A stretch of DNA of 64,000 nucleotides from an uncultured Actinomycetota bacterium (GTDB taxonomy: Bacteria > Actinomycetota > Actinomycetes > Mycobacteriales > Mycobacteriaceae). The notes under the pieces are model-generated. The model ran no database searches. It was given only the letters and a program-made list of their open reading frames with translations, and was not told the origin of the DNA. Positions 52,519 to 62,593 of the stretch are shown here, one piece after another. Position 1 is the first letter of the stretch. Each line of letters opens with the position of its first letter. The translations under genes and the position numbers were made by a program. The stretch is taken from NCBI GenBank assembly GCA_963766535.1, contig CAVYAU010000011.1, positions 149,998-213,997 of the forward strand, written 5' to 3'.

Positions 52519-53095
52519 CCGGCCACCGGCCGTGCGCCTCGCCCAGACGAAGCCCATGGGCGACCGGCCTTCGGGACGTCGAGGCGGGCACCCGCCAGCG
52601 AGGCGGTTCTCCACAACGAGGGGTCCACGATCGCGCCACGCAGATCGGCATCATCGAGCGGGGTTCCGGTGGTCCGCGCACCGCTGAGGTCGGCGCCGCG
52701 CAACACCGCCTTGCGCAGGTCGGTCTCCACCAGGCCGGTCTCCCTCAGCCAGCAGCCGCTCAAGTCGACGCCCCGAAGGTCGTTACCGCCGAGCACCGCG
52801 AGCGTGAAATCCACCTCATCGAAAGTCATTGGCCGCAGCCGGCATTGCACAAAGACCGACCCCAGCATGCTGCACTGCGCGAATGTGTCCCCCGCAAGCG
52901 GCTGGTGCCCCCAATGCACAGTAACGTTCGCTCAAAAATGCAGTTGCGAAACGCCGATCCGCGGTGTTGCGGCTCGGTCAGGTTGACGCCGCTGAAATCG
53001 CAGTCGCTGAACACGGCCCGTTCGGTGCGCAACCGACTGAGGTCTTCATCGCGGAAATTCCGGCCGGCAAATTCGCAATCGGCCCACTGCTGGAA
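52505..53095 (-). pseudogene. mfpA: Pentapeptide-repeat protein MfpA homolog, apparently disrupted
   Basis: MfpA-like sequence is split between frames:
- QQWADCEFAGRNFRDEDLSRLRTERAVFSDCDFSGVNLTEPQHRGSAFRNCIFERTLL in one frame
- DTFAQCSMLGSVFVQCRLRPMTFDEVDFTLAVLGGNDLRG...LWRTASLAGARLDV in another
The codon at the expected start is TTC, and there is no in-frame ATG/GTG/TTG upstream of 53032. The C-terminal AHGL-type tail may lie in a third frame, ending at 52505. Confidence 0.6.
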
Positions 53096-53100
53096 AGCAG

Positions 53101-53691
53101 TCAGCTGCCCACTGGAAACGGCGACGCCAGGCTCTGCAGTGCGTATTCGCTGACCGCGATCAGTGCGTCAGTCGCCGACCTGCGATCCCTGGCATCGACC
53201 GTGATCACCGGAATGTGCGGGGGCAGGGTCAGCGCTTCGCGCACCTCGCCAACGGGATACCTTGGTGCGCCGTCGAACTCATTGATCGCGATCAAAAACG
53301 GCAGGTTGCGGTGCTCGAAGAAGTCGACCGCGGCAAAGCTGTCCTGCAGGCGCCGGCAGTCAGCCAGGATGATCGCACCGATAGCGCCGCGTACCAGGTC
53401 GTCCCACATGAACCAGAACCGGCGCTGACCCGGGGTACCGAACAGGTAGAGCACCAGGTCCTCGTCCAGAGTGATCCGGCCGAAGTCCATCGCGACGGTG
53501 GTGGTCCGCTTGTCCGGGGTGGCCTCGAGCATGTCGACGCCGGTCGAGGCGTCGGTGAGCATCGCCTCGGTGCGCAACGGCATGATTTCCGAAACCGCGC
53601 CGACGAACGTGGTCTTGCCGACGCCGAACCCGCCCGCGATGACGATCTTCGTCGAAGCGTGGGCTTCGGAGTCAGAGTGCTCGTAGGCCAC
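53101..53691 (-). CDS. mfpB: Conservon small GTPase (CvnD / MfpB-like, Ras-like ATP/GTP-binding protein)
   Basis: 196 aa. P-loop GGFGVGKTT, FGTPGQ (switch II) and NEFD (NKxD-like) motifs. Confidence 0.9.
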   Translation of the reverse strand: MAYEHSDSEAHASTKIVIAGGFGVGKTTFVGAVSEIMPLRTEAMLTDASTGVDMLEATPDKRTTTVAMDFGRITLDEDLVLYLFGTPGQRRFWFMWDDLVRGAIGAIILADCRRLQDSFAAVDFFEHRNLPFLIAINEFDGAPRYPVGEVREALTLPPHIPVITVDARDRRSATDALIAVSEYALQSLASPFPVGS

Positions 53692-54046
53692 GCAGCGTCC
53701 TTCCTATGAGTTCGTGGCGCTCATCGCGGGTCGAATGCTCGGTCAACGTTCTATGCACCCGAAGGTAACCGGACAAAACCAGATCGCCGACCAAGACGCG
53801 CGCGACACCGACTGGCAAATCCAACAGGGCCGAGATTTCGGCGACCGACGGGCTGTTGACGCACAGTTGGATGATCCTGCCTCTCGCATCGTTGGGTGGC
53901 CACCGGTGAGCCAGGCCCGCCTGCAACGTCTGTACCGGCGCTTCCAGGGGAAGGTCGACGTTGGTGTCGGTCCGCCCGGCCGTCAGGGTGTACGGGCGGA
54001 CCAGATTCGCCTCACGGGAGGTTGGCCACGGCTCGCGTCTGTCCAT
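53672..54046 (-). CDS. DUF742 protein (conservon CvnC-like, Rv3363c-like)
   Basis: 124 aa. VRPYTLTAGRT motif and a C-terminal wHTH-like segment. Position is between the roadblock and GTPase genes. Confidence 0.8.
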   Translation of the reverse strand: MDRREPWPTSREANLVRPYTLTAGRTDTNVDLPLEAPVQTLQAGLAHRWPPNDARGRIIQLCVNSPSVAEISALLDLPVGVARVLVGDLVLSGYLRVHRTLTEHSTRDERHELIGRTLRGLRAL

Positions 54047-54052
54047 TGCGGC

Positions 54053-54457
54053 TCACGAGTGCTGTGCAACGGACCGGCGGGTGGACTGCACCACGCCGCC
54101 CACCCGTTCGACGAGGATGGCCATCTCGTACCCGATCTGACCGATATCACAGGACGTCGCAGCCAACGTGGCCAGATGCGAGCCGTCGCCGACGCGCATC
54201 AACAACAGATACCCGTTTTGCATCTCGACCACCGACTGCAGCACCTGGCCACCCTCAAACAGCTGGGCGGCACCGGTCGCGAGGCTGGCCAGCCCGGAGG
54301 CCACCGCCGCCAACTGATCGGCTCGTTCCCGCGGGAGATGCTCACTGGCGGCGATGGGCAGCCCGTCGACGGATACCAGCAACGCATGCGCCACCCCGGG
54401 GACCTCGCGGGCGAATTTCGTCACCAGCCAGTCCAGCGAATTGCCAGGTGACGTCAT
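54053..54457 (-). CDS. Roadblock/LC7 domain protein (conservon CvnB-like, Rv3364c-like)
   Basis: 134 aa. [26 protein letters not shown] pattern. ATGA overlap with the upstream kinase-like gene. Confidence 0.85.
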   Translation of the reverse strand: MTSPGNSLDWLVTKFAREVPGVAHALLVSVDGLPIAASEHLPRERADQLAAVASGLASLATGAAQLFEGGQVLQSVVEMQNGYLLLMRVGDGSHLATLAATSCDIGQIGYEMAILVERVGGVVQSTRRSVAQHS

Positions 54458-57324
54458 TCCTGATCAGACCCTTGACTCGTTTCGCGCGCATGCGACCGTC
54501 CGGTGCGCACGCCACCGAAATGGCTACTGAAGGACGCGCGGACCGCCTCGGGATCGCGCACCGCAGCCGCGTGCTGCGGCTGCCGGCCGGAATGGAATCC
54601 GCCGTTCAATCCGACGAGGGATCCTTGGTCCTCCTGGTCCTCCCGGTCGGGCTGGTCCTGCTCGGCGAAACCTGTTCCGTTGGCCGCGCCGGGCACCAGC
54701 CGGGCGCCGGGTTCGCGGACCGGCAGCCCGTGTTCGGCGGTGCGCGACTCGACAGGCTTGTCCTCGGCCTCGGCGGCCAACGACCAGCCACGATCCCACA
54801 CCGACTGCCAATCCAGGTCGGGGCTGTTGGCCAGGTCGTGCGGATCGCCCAGCATCTCGGAGAGCATCCGCCGGTAGATCACGTCCTCATCGGCTGGGCC
54901 GGTAGCGCCTTTCGGAACTGTCGGGATTGACTGGATGGACGCGCTGGCGGCCGGGCTTGCGGGCTTGGCACCCGGGGTTTGTGTCCGATCGCCGGCATTC
55001 CGCGACCGCGCCGCAAAGAATGCCGAGGTGTCCGATACCGCTGGGGCTTCGGGCGGCGCGTGTTTTGGCTCTGGCGCTTGTTTGGTCGCTGCCCCGCTCT
55101 CCCACCAGGGAGTGGCGAGCTCACGCCGGTGCCGCCGCGGCTGCTGCTCGGCAGGCTGGGCAGGAACGTCGGTGATGCCGCTGGAACCCGGATCCCGGCG
55201 CGGCAACAACGTGACCGACGGCCCGGACCCTTCGGAACCTTCAGACCCGTTGTGGTTTGCCGACTCGAGCACAGCAGCGTGTTGTCCAGCGGCCTCTTTG
55301 GCAGCCTCCGGCGCAGCGATCGCACTGGCGAGTTTGGTACTGGGCGAGGAGACCGCCCGTACCCGGCCGCCTCGTGGTTCTGCCGCCCGAGCCGCGGCTG
55401 AGCCCTCTAGATAGCCCTCGAGCACCGCCGGCGGTAAGTAGATCTCGGCAGTGGTACCGGTGCCCGTTTCATGGGCCGCCGGACCACGCAGCCCTACCCG
55501 GATGCCGTGCCGGGCGGCGATCCGGCTGACCACGAAAAGACCCATGTGGCGGGCATTATCGGGGGTGACATCACCGCCGGCCTGAAGCCGCATGTTGGCA
55601 ATGCGCCGATCAGCATCGTTCATGCCCAGGCCGGAATCGGAGATCCGCAGCACGACTCCTCCGTCACCGTTAGGTGCCGCGGAGACCCGCACAGATGTCG
55701 CCGGCGGCGAGTAGCGCAGGGCGTTGTCGATCAGCTCGGCAAGCAGATGGATAACGCCGCCTGCCGCCGCGCCAATCAGCGTGCAGTCAGGCAGCCCGGC
55801 AATCTCGACACGGCGATAGTCCTCAACCTCGGACACCGCGGCGTTGATCACCGTCGACAGCGGCACCGGCTGCCGCTGGTCACGCGCAAGCTGTGCGCCC
55901 GCCAGTACCAGCAGGTTGGCGCTGTTGCGGCGCAGCCGGGCCGCCAGGTGATCCAGCCGGAACAGGCTGTTGAGGCGTTCGGGATCCTCCTCGTTGCGCT
56001 CTAGCCGGTCGATGAGCGACAGCTGTTGGTCGACCAGTGAACGGCTGCGCCGCGACATGGTCTCGAACATGTCGTTGACCAGCAATCGCAACCGTGCCTC
56101 GTCGCCGGCCAGCAGCAGGGCTTGCGTGTGCAGTTCGTCGACCGCATGGGCGACCTGGCCGATTTCCTCGGTTGTGTACACCGGCAGCGGCTGCGGGATC
56201 GGTTCGGCGCCACCGGCTTTGACCCGGGCGATCTCCTCCTCGAGGTCGGTGTGGGCGACTTTGAGCGCGCCGTCGCGCAGTACGCGCAGCGGCCGGACAA
56301 GCGCGCGCGCCACCAGCAACACGATGAGCAGTGCGATCACGATGGCGGCCAACACCAGCACGGCGTCGAGGATCGCGGCGTCGCGCCGATCGTTGGCCTG
56401 GGCCTGCACCGACTTCGTCACCGACGCCGTGGCGTCCTCGATGACCTGTTCGGCGATCCCGTCGGTGGTCTGTATCGAGCGCAGCAGCTCGGGGTTGTCG
56501 ACGAGCACACTGTCCGGATCGGACATGATCGCCATCCGGGTCACCATTTGCTGCTGCAGCGTCTTGGCTTCGGGCGACCCGGCACCGAGCAATTCGCTCA
56601 TCCCGAACAGCGTCGACGGTTCGGTGCCGGCCAGGGTGATCATCGAGGTCCGCAATTGCGGCTCGGGAAGGTCAGCGCCTCGGGTCACCAGGATTTCCTG
56701 CATCGTCATCTGCCCGCGGGCCCCGACTGCTCGGCTCAAGGCCTGCGCCTCGGCGCGGATCCGCTCATCGTCGACACGTACCGACGCGTTGATCACGTTT
56801 TCGGCCGTCAACAGGATCGGAGCGTAGGTAGTCACCCGGTCCCGCAAACTGATGCTGTTGTCGGCCACCTTGTCCAGCAGCGCCTGACCGCCGTTCAGTA
56901 GGGTGCTCACTCCCGACCGGACGTCGGGGATCACGTCGGTGTCCGCCAGCCGCGTCTGCAGCTCGTACTTGCGGGCCTCGTAGTTCTTCTTCGCCCCCTC
57001 GACGTCGCGTCCGGTAGAGGTCGCCAGTAATGCGACGTCCAGTGCCGACATGTATTTAGTGATCGCCGGAAGCACGTCCGCGCGGGCAGCGGCCAGCCGC
57101 AGACCGCGGGAGTTCGACATCGCGCTCTCGACACGCAAAACACCGAAAACCGTCGCCAGCACCAGCGGGACCAGCACAATCGCCAAGACTTTCCAGCGGA
57201 CCGGCCAGTTACTCAGCGACCAGGCCGGCGGGCGTTTCGCCGGTGCCGCTTCGACGGCGGGGACATCGGTGAACTCGTTCGGAACCGCCGCGACCGGTGG
57301 GGTCGGGCGGGTGAACATAGTCAT
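54454..57324 (-). CDS. Conservon sensor histidine-kinase-like ATPase (CvnA-like, Rv3365c-like) with a long disordered C-terminal tail
   Basis: 956 aa. N-terminal TM, a periplasmic nitrate/nitrite-sensing-type helical domain, a second TM plus HAMP, and a HATPase_c region ([10 protein letters not shown] ... DSGLGM). These are followed by about 330 aa of Ala/Pro/Gly/Glu-rich low-complexity sequence. Confidence 0.85.
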   Translation of the reverse strand: MTMFTRPTPPVAAVPNEFTDVPAVEAAPAKRPPAWSLSNWPVRWKVLAIVLVPLVLATVFGVLRVESAMSNSRGLRLAAARADVLPAITKYMSALDVALLATSTGRDVEGAKKNYEARKYELQTRLADTDVIPDVRSGVSTLLNGGQALLDKVADNSISLRDRVTTYAPILLTAENVINASVRVDDERIRAEAQALSRAVGARGQMTMQEILVTRGADLPEPQLRTSMITLAGTEPSTLFGMSELLGAGSPEAKTLQQQMVTRMAIMSDPDSVLVDNPELLRSIQTTDGIAEQVIEDATASVTKSVQAQANDRRDAAILDAVLVLAAIVIALLIVLLVARALVRPLRVLRDGALKVAHTDLEEEIARVKAGGAEPIPQPLPVYTTEEIGQVAHAVDELHTQALLLAGDEARLRLLVNDMFETMSRRSRSLVDQQLSLIDRLERNEEDPERLNSLFRLDHLAARLRRNSANLLVLAGAQLARDQRQPVPLSTVINAAVSEVEDYRRVEIAGLPDCTLIGAAAGGVIHLLAELIDNALRYSPPATSVRVSAAPNGDGGVVLRISDSGLGMNDADRRIANMRLQAGGDVTPDNARHMGLFVVSRIAARHGIRVGLRGPAAHETGTGTTAEIYLPPAVLEGYLEGSAAARAAEPRGGRVRAVSSPSTKLASAIAAPEAAKEAAGQHAAVLESANHNGSEGSEGSGPSVTLLPRRDPGSSGITDVPAQPAEQQPRRHRRELATPWWESGAATKQAPEPKHAPPEAPAVSDTSAFFAARSRNAGDRTQTPGAKPASPAASASIQSIPTVPKGATGPADEDVIYRRMLSEMLGDPHDLANSPDLDWQSVWDRGWSLAAEAEDKPVESRTAEHGLPVREPGARLVPGAANGTGFAEQDQPDREDQEDQGSLVGLNGGFHSGRQPQHAAAVRDPEAVRASFSSHFGGVRTGRSHARETSQGSDQE

Positions 57325-57597
57325 GTGGTGGCGGCCGCGCGACCGGCCGCTGCGCTGACACTCAGCGCTGAAACAAACGAGAGGCTCATGAAACTTCCTG
57401 CTTTATTCCACCCGCCCCGCGCAGATAAGCGCGAGCGGTAAACGCGTGGCAATCCGACGAGTATGACAGCCCGCGGCCCAGGTCACCAGAATTGTTACTG
57501 AGCAGGCGGAGCCCGCCCGAGTGGTCCGGTACGCCGGCAAGCAACTCTAGCAAACACGCTGTGCATATCGGCGGCACAGCTTTGTCATGATCAGCAG

Positions 57598-58062
57598 ATG
57601 TTCCGGCTGCTGTTCTACTCCCCGCGCATCGCCCCCAACACGGGCAACGCCATCCGGACGGCGGCTGCCACCGGCGCTGAATTGCATCTGGTCGAGCCGC
57701 TGGGCTTCGACCTGTCCGAACCCAAGCTCCGGCGAGCCGGCCTGGACTATCACGACCTCGCGTCGGTCACCGTCCATCGCTCGCTGCGGGCCGCGTGGGA
57801 TGCACTGTCGCCGGCGCGGGTGGTCGCGTTCACCGCGCACGCGACCACCTTGTTTGCCGACGTCGGCTACCAGGCCGGCGACGTATTGATGTTCGGACCG
57901 GAACCCGACGGGCTGGACGCGGCGACCCTGGCCGACGCGCACATCACCCAGCAGGTGCGCATCCCGATGCTGGCGGGCCGGCGCTCGCTGAACCTGTCCA
58001 ATGCTGCGGCGATCGCCGTCTACGAGGCGTGGCGTCAGCACGGCTACCCCGGGGCGGTCTAA
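57598..58062 (+). CDS. trmL: SpoU/TrmL-type tRNA 2'-O-methyltransferase (Rv3366-like)
   Basis: 154 aa SPOUT fold. PRIAPNTGNAIRT, LMFGPEPDGL and SLNLSNAAAIAVYEAWRQ motifs. Confidence 0.9.
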   Translation: MFRLLFYSPRIAPNTGNAIRTAAATGAELHLVEPLGFDLSEPKLRRAGLDYHDLASVTVHRSLRAAWDALSPARVVAFTAHATTLFADVGYQAGDVLMFGPEPDGLDAATLADAHITQQVRIPMLAGRRSLNLSNAAAIAVYEAWRQHGYPGAV

Positions 58063-58707
58063 CTACCAGGTGTTCCAGTGCGTGACCTGCTCGGCGGGTA
58101 GCCGCTTGGCCGGCCGGAAGTCAGTGCCTTTGGTGTAGGCGATCGGAAACAGCCCGCCCTGGCTGTACTCGTCGTAGGGAATGCCGAACACCTCGGCCGC
58201 CTGCCGCTCGCCGTCGCGAATTAGGTGCAGCGTCGTCCAGCAAGAGCCCAGCCCGCGGGAGCGCAGGGCCAGGCAGAAACTCCAGACCGCCGGGAACAGC
58301 GAGGCCCAGAACGACACGCCGCCCAACGGCGACGTGTCTTCGCGGCCCCGCAAACACGGGATCATCAGGACCGGCGCCTTGTGCATGTGCTCGGCCAGAT
58401 AGGTCGCGGAATCACGGACCAAGCCCATCCGCTCACCGCGAATGTCACCCTCGGGGTACTCGGCGGAGGGCGCACCGAGGTAGTCCCTGGCATTTGCTAG
58501 GTAGATGTCACCGATCGCCTTCTTCCTTTCGGCATCCTCGACGAACACCCATTGCCAGCCCTGCGAGTTGGAACCGGTGGGCGCCTGCAGCGCCAGTTCG
58601 AGGCATTCGATGAGCACCTCGCGGCCTACCGGCTTGTCGAAGTCGAGGCGTTTGCGGACCGAGCGGGTGGTGGTGAGTACTTCGTCGACGGACAGGTTGA
58701 GGGTCAT
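58063..58707 (-). CDS. Nitroreductase family protein (Rv3368c-like)
   Basis: 214 aa. TTRSVRKRL and PTGSNSQGWQWV motifs typical of the FMN nitroreductase fold. Confidence 0.85.
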   Translation of the reverse strand: MTLNLSVDEVLTTTRSVRKRLDFDKPVGREVLIECLELALQAPTGSNSQGWQWVFVEDAERKKAIGDIYLANARDYLGAPSAEYPEGDIRGERMGLVRDSATYLAEHMHKAPVLMIPCLRGREDTSPLGGVSFWASLFPAVWSFCLALRSRGLGSCWTTLHLIRDGERQAAEVFGIPYDEYSQGGLFPIAYTKGTDFRPAKRLPAEQVTHWNTW

Positions 58708-58730
58708 GTGCGGAGACTACATTCGGGCTC

Positions 58731-59141
58731 ATGACCGTCGAACTGACACAAGAGGTTTCCAGCAGACTCACGTCCGATCACTATGGGTGGCTGACCACCG
58801 TCGCCAAATCAGGACAGCCGGTTCCGCGGCTGATCTGGTTCTACTTCGACGGCGCCAAGCTGACGGTGTACTCGATGCCGCAGGCGGCCAAGGTCGCCCA
58901 CATCAAGGCGCGTCCCAAGGTGAGCCTGAACCTGGATTCCGACGGCAATGGCGGCGGCATCATCGTCGTCGCCGGGATCGCGACGGTGGATGCCACCGAC
59001 GTCAATGCCAGCGAGGACGAGCCGTACTGGACGAAGTACAGCGAGCTCGCCGAGCAATTCGGCATGACCGAGTCAATGGCCTCCTTCAGCACCCGGCTGA
59101 CGATCACCCCGACCAGGGTGTGGACGACGCCCGCGGGCTAG
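58731..59141 (+). CDS. PPOX-class (pyridoxamine 5'-phosphate oxidase-like), probably F420-dependent, protein (Rv3369-like)
   Basis: 136 aa split-barrel pattern: GWLTTVAKSGQPVPRLIWFYFDG ... KARPKVSLNLD. Confidence 0.8.
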   Translation: MTVELTQEVSSRLTSDHYGWLTTVAKSGQPVPRLIWFYFDGAKLTVYSMPQAAKVAHIKARPKVSLNLDSDGNGGGIIVVAGIATVDATDVNASEDEPYWTKYSELAEQFGMTESMASFSTRLTITPTRVWTTPAG

Positions 59142-62100
59142 CGGAAGTCCCGCGAGCGGGAGCCGACGGCCAGGGGGATGCGGCCCAACCGCTCGGCCAC
59201 GACGGTGACTGCGCCGCTGGCGTTTTGGACTTGCCCGCGGACCAACAGCGCTGGCGCCGTGTTCGCCAGCTTGCGATGCCGCGCCCACACCCCCGGTGTG
59301 CAGAGCACGTTGACCATCCCGGTCTCGTCCTCGAGGTTGATAAACGTCACCCCTTGGGCCGTCGCGGGTCGCTGCCGATGGGTCACCGCACCGGCGATCA
59401 GCACGCGGTCGCCGTCGGGCACCGATCCCAGCGCGTCGGCGGGCAGCACCCCCATCGCGTCCAGGTCGGCCCGCAGGAACTGCGTCGGATAACTGTCCGG
59501 GGAGATGCCGGTGGCCCACACGTCGGCGGCGGCCAGCTCCAGCTCGCTCATCCCCGGCAACGCCGGGATGTGCGACGACGACCCCACGCCCGGTAACCGG
59601 TCCGGCCGTTGGGTGGCGGCCGCCCCGGCCGCCCACAACGCCTCCCGCCGGGACATCCCGAAGCAGCCCAGCGCTCCGGCCGTCGCCAGCGCTTCGGTCT
59701 GCGGCACGGAAAGCTGCAGCCGGGCAGTCAGGTCCAGCAAAGAGGCGAACGGGCCGTTGGTTTTTCGCTCCTCGACCAGCCGCTCAGCGAGGTCGTCGCC
59801 GATATGACGAACGGCACCCAGACCCAGGCGGACCTCCGTTCCGGCGTTCTCGAGGGTGGCGTGCGCCAGGCTGGCGTTGACGTCCGGGCCGTGCACCGTC
59901 ACGCCGTGCCTGCGCGCATCGGCCACCAGCGACTGTGGTGAATAAAAACCCATCGGCTGTGCACGCAGCAGCGCGGCGCAGAACGCCGCCGGGTGGTGCA
60001 GCTTGAACCACGACGAGTAGAACACCAGTGACGCGAAGGACAGCGCGTGACTTTCGGGGAAGCCGAAGTTGGCGAATGCCTCCAGCTTTTCGTAGGTTCG
60101 GTCGATCACCTCATCGGTGGCGCCATGCAGCGCGCGCATGCCGTCGTAGAACCGGCCGCGCAGCCGTCGCATGCGTTCGGTCGAACGCTTGGAGCCCATA
60201 GCGCGCCGGAGCTGGTCGGCCTCGGCGGCGGAAAAACCGGCGCAGTCGACCGCGAGCTGCATCAGCTGTTCCTGAAAAAGCGGCACTCCCAGCGTTTTTC
60301 GCAACGCCGGTTCCATGGACGGGTGGTCGTAGACGACCGGGTCGATGCCGTTGCGCCGCCGGATGTAGGGGTGCACCGACCCGCCCTGGATGGGCCCGGG
60401 ACGGATCAGCGCGACCTCGACCACCAGGTCGTAGAAGATCCGCGGCCGCAGCCGCGGCAGGGTGGCCATCTGCGCCCGCGACTCCACCTGGAACACGCCG
60501 ACGGAATCGGCGCGCGCCAGCATCTCATACACCGCCGGTTCGGAGAGGTCGAGTCTGGCCAGGTCCACCTCGATCCCCTTGTGCTCGGCCACCAGGTCGA
60601 TGGCATAGTGCAGCGCCGAGAGCATGCCCAGCCCGAGTAGGTCGAACTTCACCAAGCCGATTGCCGCACAGTCGTCTTTGTCCCATTGCAGGACGCTGCG
60701 ATTCTCCATGCGCGCCCATTCCACCGGGCACACGTCGGCGATCGGGCGGTCGCAGATCACCATGCCGCCGGAATGGATGCCCATATGTCGCGGCAGATTC
60801 CGGATCTGGGTCGCCAAGTCGATCACCTGCTCGGGAATGCCCTCGACGTCAGACGCTGACCCTTTCGAGTCGGGGCCAAGCCCGTTCCAGCTGCTGATCT
60901 GCTTGCTCCAAGCGTCCTGCTGACCCTGCGAGAAGCCCAGGGCGCGGGCCATGTCGCGCACCGCGATTCGCCCCCGGTAGGTGATGACATTGGCGACTTG
61001 GGCAGCGTAGTCACGGCCGTATTTGTCGTAGACATACTGGATGACCTTTTCGCGCTGGTCCGACTCGATGTCCATGTCGATGTCGGGCGGTCCGTCGCGG
61101 GCGGGCGATAAGAAGCGCTCGAACAACAGCTCGTTGGCCACCGGATCGACAGCGGTGACGCCAAGGGCATAACAGACCGCGGAATTGGCCGCCGATCCCC
61201 TGCCCTGACACAGGATGTTGTTGTTCCGGCAGAACCGGGCGATATCGTGCACCACCAGGAAGTAACCCGGAAATTTCAGCTGCGCAATGACTTTCAGTTC
61301 ATGCTCGATCTGGGAATACGCACGCGGCGCGCTTTCGGCCGGTCCGTAGCGGTCGCGCGCTCCGGCCATCACCAACTGCCGCAGCCAGCTGTCCTCGGTG
61401 TGCCCGTCGGGCACGTCAAACGGCGGCAGCTGCGGCGCGATCAACGCCAGTCCGAACGCGCACTGCTCGCCGAGCTCGGCGGCGGCGGTCACCCCCACGG
61501 GCAGATGCGCGAACAGCCGGGCCATCTCCTCGCCGGACCGCAAGTGCGAACCACCCAGTGGAGCCAGCCACCCGGCGGCGGAATCCAGGGACTGCCGGGC
61601 CCGGATAGCACCCATCGCCATGGCCAGCCGGCGCCGCGACGGTTGGGCGAAGTGCGCTCCGGTGGTGGCGACGACGCCGACTCCGAATCGCGGCGCCAGC
61701 CCGGCCAGCGCCGCGTTGCGTTCGTCGTCAAGCGGATGACCATGATGGGTCAACTCGATGCTGACCCGGGCGGCGGTGAACCGATCCACCAGATCGGCCA
61801 GCGCTCGTTCCGCCGCGTCCGGGCCACCGTCGGAAAGTGCTTGGCGCACAATCCCTTTACGGCACCCGGTCAGGATGTGCCAGTGCCCGCCGGCCGCCTC
61901 GGTCAGCACGTCGAAGTCATAGCGCGGCTTGCCCTTCTCCCCGCCGGCCAGATGCGCCGCGGCCAATTGCCGCGACAGCCGTCGGTAACCTTCCGGGCCG
62001 CGGGCCAGCACCAGCAGGTGCGGGCCGGGCGGATCGGGCTGCTCGGTGCGGGCAACGGATCCCAGCGACAGCTCGGCGCCGAATACGGTACGCATGCCAA

Positions 62101-62440
62101 GCTCCGCGGCCGCTTCGGCGAACCGCACCGCCCCGTACAGGCCGTCGTGGTCGGTCAGTGCCAGAGCGCGCAGACCCAGCCGGGCAGCCTCCTCGACCAG
62201 CTCCTCCGGCGTGCTGGCCCCGTCCAGAAAGCTGTACGCAGAATGCGCGTGCAGCTCGGCATACGTGATGGACGAGCGGACCGTCCGGTCTGTGTCCGGC
62301 GGCTGGTACGTCCCGCGCTTGCGCGACAAGGGACCGTCCTCCGCGGGCCCGGCCGCAACCGGCGCGCCGGCATGGCGCGGCTTGCCGTCAAGCACCCGCT
62401 CCATTTCCGCCCAGCTTGGCGGCCCGTTGAACCAGCCCAC
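59138..62440 (-). CDS. dnaE2: Error-prone DNA polymerase III alpha-type subunit DnaE2 (ImuC)
   Basis: 1100 aa. PHP domain (YAELHAHSAYSFLDGAS), polymerase core (GLVKFDLLGLGML) and C-terminal OB fold. GTG start at 62438-62440. An SOS box lies upstream. Confidence 0.97.
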   Translation of the reverse strand: MGWFNGPPSWAEMERVLDGKPRHAGAPVAAGPAEDGPLSRKRGTYQPPDTDRTVRSSITYAELHAHSAYSFLDGASTPEELVEEAARLGLRALALTDHDGLYGAVRFAEAAAELGMRTVFGAELSLGSVARTEQPDPPGPHLLVLARGPEGYRRLSRQLAAAHLAGGEKGKPRYDFDVLTEAAGGHWHILTGCRKGIVRQALSDGGPDAAERALADLVDRFTAARVSIELTHHGHPLDDERNAALAGLAPRFGVGVVATTGAHFAQPSRRRLAMAMGAIRARQSLDSAAGWLAPLGGSHLRSGEEMARLFAHLPVGVTAAAELGEQCAFGLALIAPQLPPFDVPDGHTEDSWLRQLVMAGARDRYGPAESAPRAYSQIEHELKVIAQLKFPGYFLVVHDIARFCRNNNILCQGRGSAANSAVCYALGVTAVDPVANELLFERFLSPARDGPPDIDMDIESDQREKVIQYVYDKYGRDYAAQVANVITYRGRIAVRDMARALGFSQGQQDAWSKQISSWNGLGPDSKGSASDVEGIPEQVIDLATQIRNLPRHMGIHSGGMVICDRPIADVCPVEWARMENRSVLQWDKDDCAAIGLVKFDLLGLGMLSALHYAIDLVAEHKGIEVDLARLDLSEPAVYEMLARADSVGVFQVESRAQMATLPRLRPRIFYDLVVEVALIRPGPIQGGSVHPYIRRRNGIDPVVYDHPSMEPALRKTLGVPLFQEQLMQLAVDCAGFSAAEADQLRRAMGSKRSTERMRRLRGRFYDGMRALHGATDEVIDRTYEKLEAFANFGFPESHALSFASLVFYSSWFKLHHPAAFCAALLRAQPMGFYSPQSLVADARRHGVTVHGPDVNASLAHATLENAGTEVRLGLGAVRHIGDDLAERLVEERKTNGPFASLLDLTARLQLSVPQTEALATAGALGCFGMSRREALWAAGAAATQRPDRLPGVGSSSHIPALPGMSELELAAADVWATGISPDSYPTQFLRADLDAMGVLPADALGSVPDGDRVLIAGAVTHRQRPATAQGVTFINLEDETGMVNVLCTPGVWARHRKLANTAPALLVRGQVQNASGAVTVVAERLGRIPLAVGSRSRDFR

Positions 62441-62453
62441 GCCCGACAGTCTA

Positions 62454-62469
62454 TCGAATGTATGTTCGA
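62454..62469. promoter_or_regulatory. LexA SOS box (TCGAAT-GTAT-GTTCGA)
   Basis: One mismatch to the mycobacterial consensus TCGAAC-N4-GTTCGA. It is embedded in the larger palindrome CTATCGAA-N6-TTCGATAG, 14 nt upstream of the dnaE2 start codon. Confidence 0.7.
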
Positions 62470-62593
62470 TAGACGAGCGAAGTTGTTAACGCATCTTCAA
62501 CTTCCAAACACGTTCTTAACGTTGCGGGCCTACCGCGCATAAGGCGCTGCGCAGATACTGGTACAGGGGCAAAAGCGACGGCGGGGGCTGAGT

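Noticed and set aside
52908-52912. The idea that the C5/G5 run in mfpA is a programmed or phase-variable frameshift site that yields functional MfpA.
   Set aside because: It is kept only as an alternative within the mfpA finding. Even with the frame restored, the gene lacks a canonical start codon. The restored segment would also be 8 residues longer than the M. tuberculosis protein as I recall it, which breaks the 5-residue register of the repeat.
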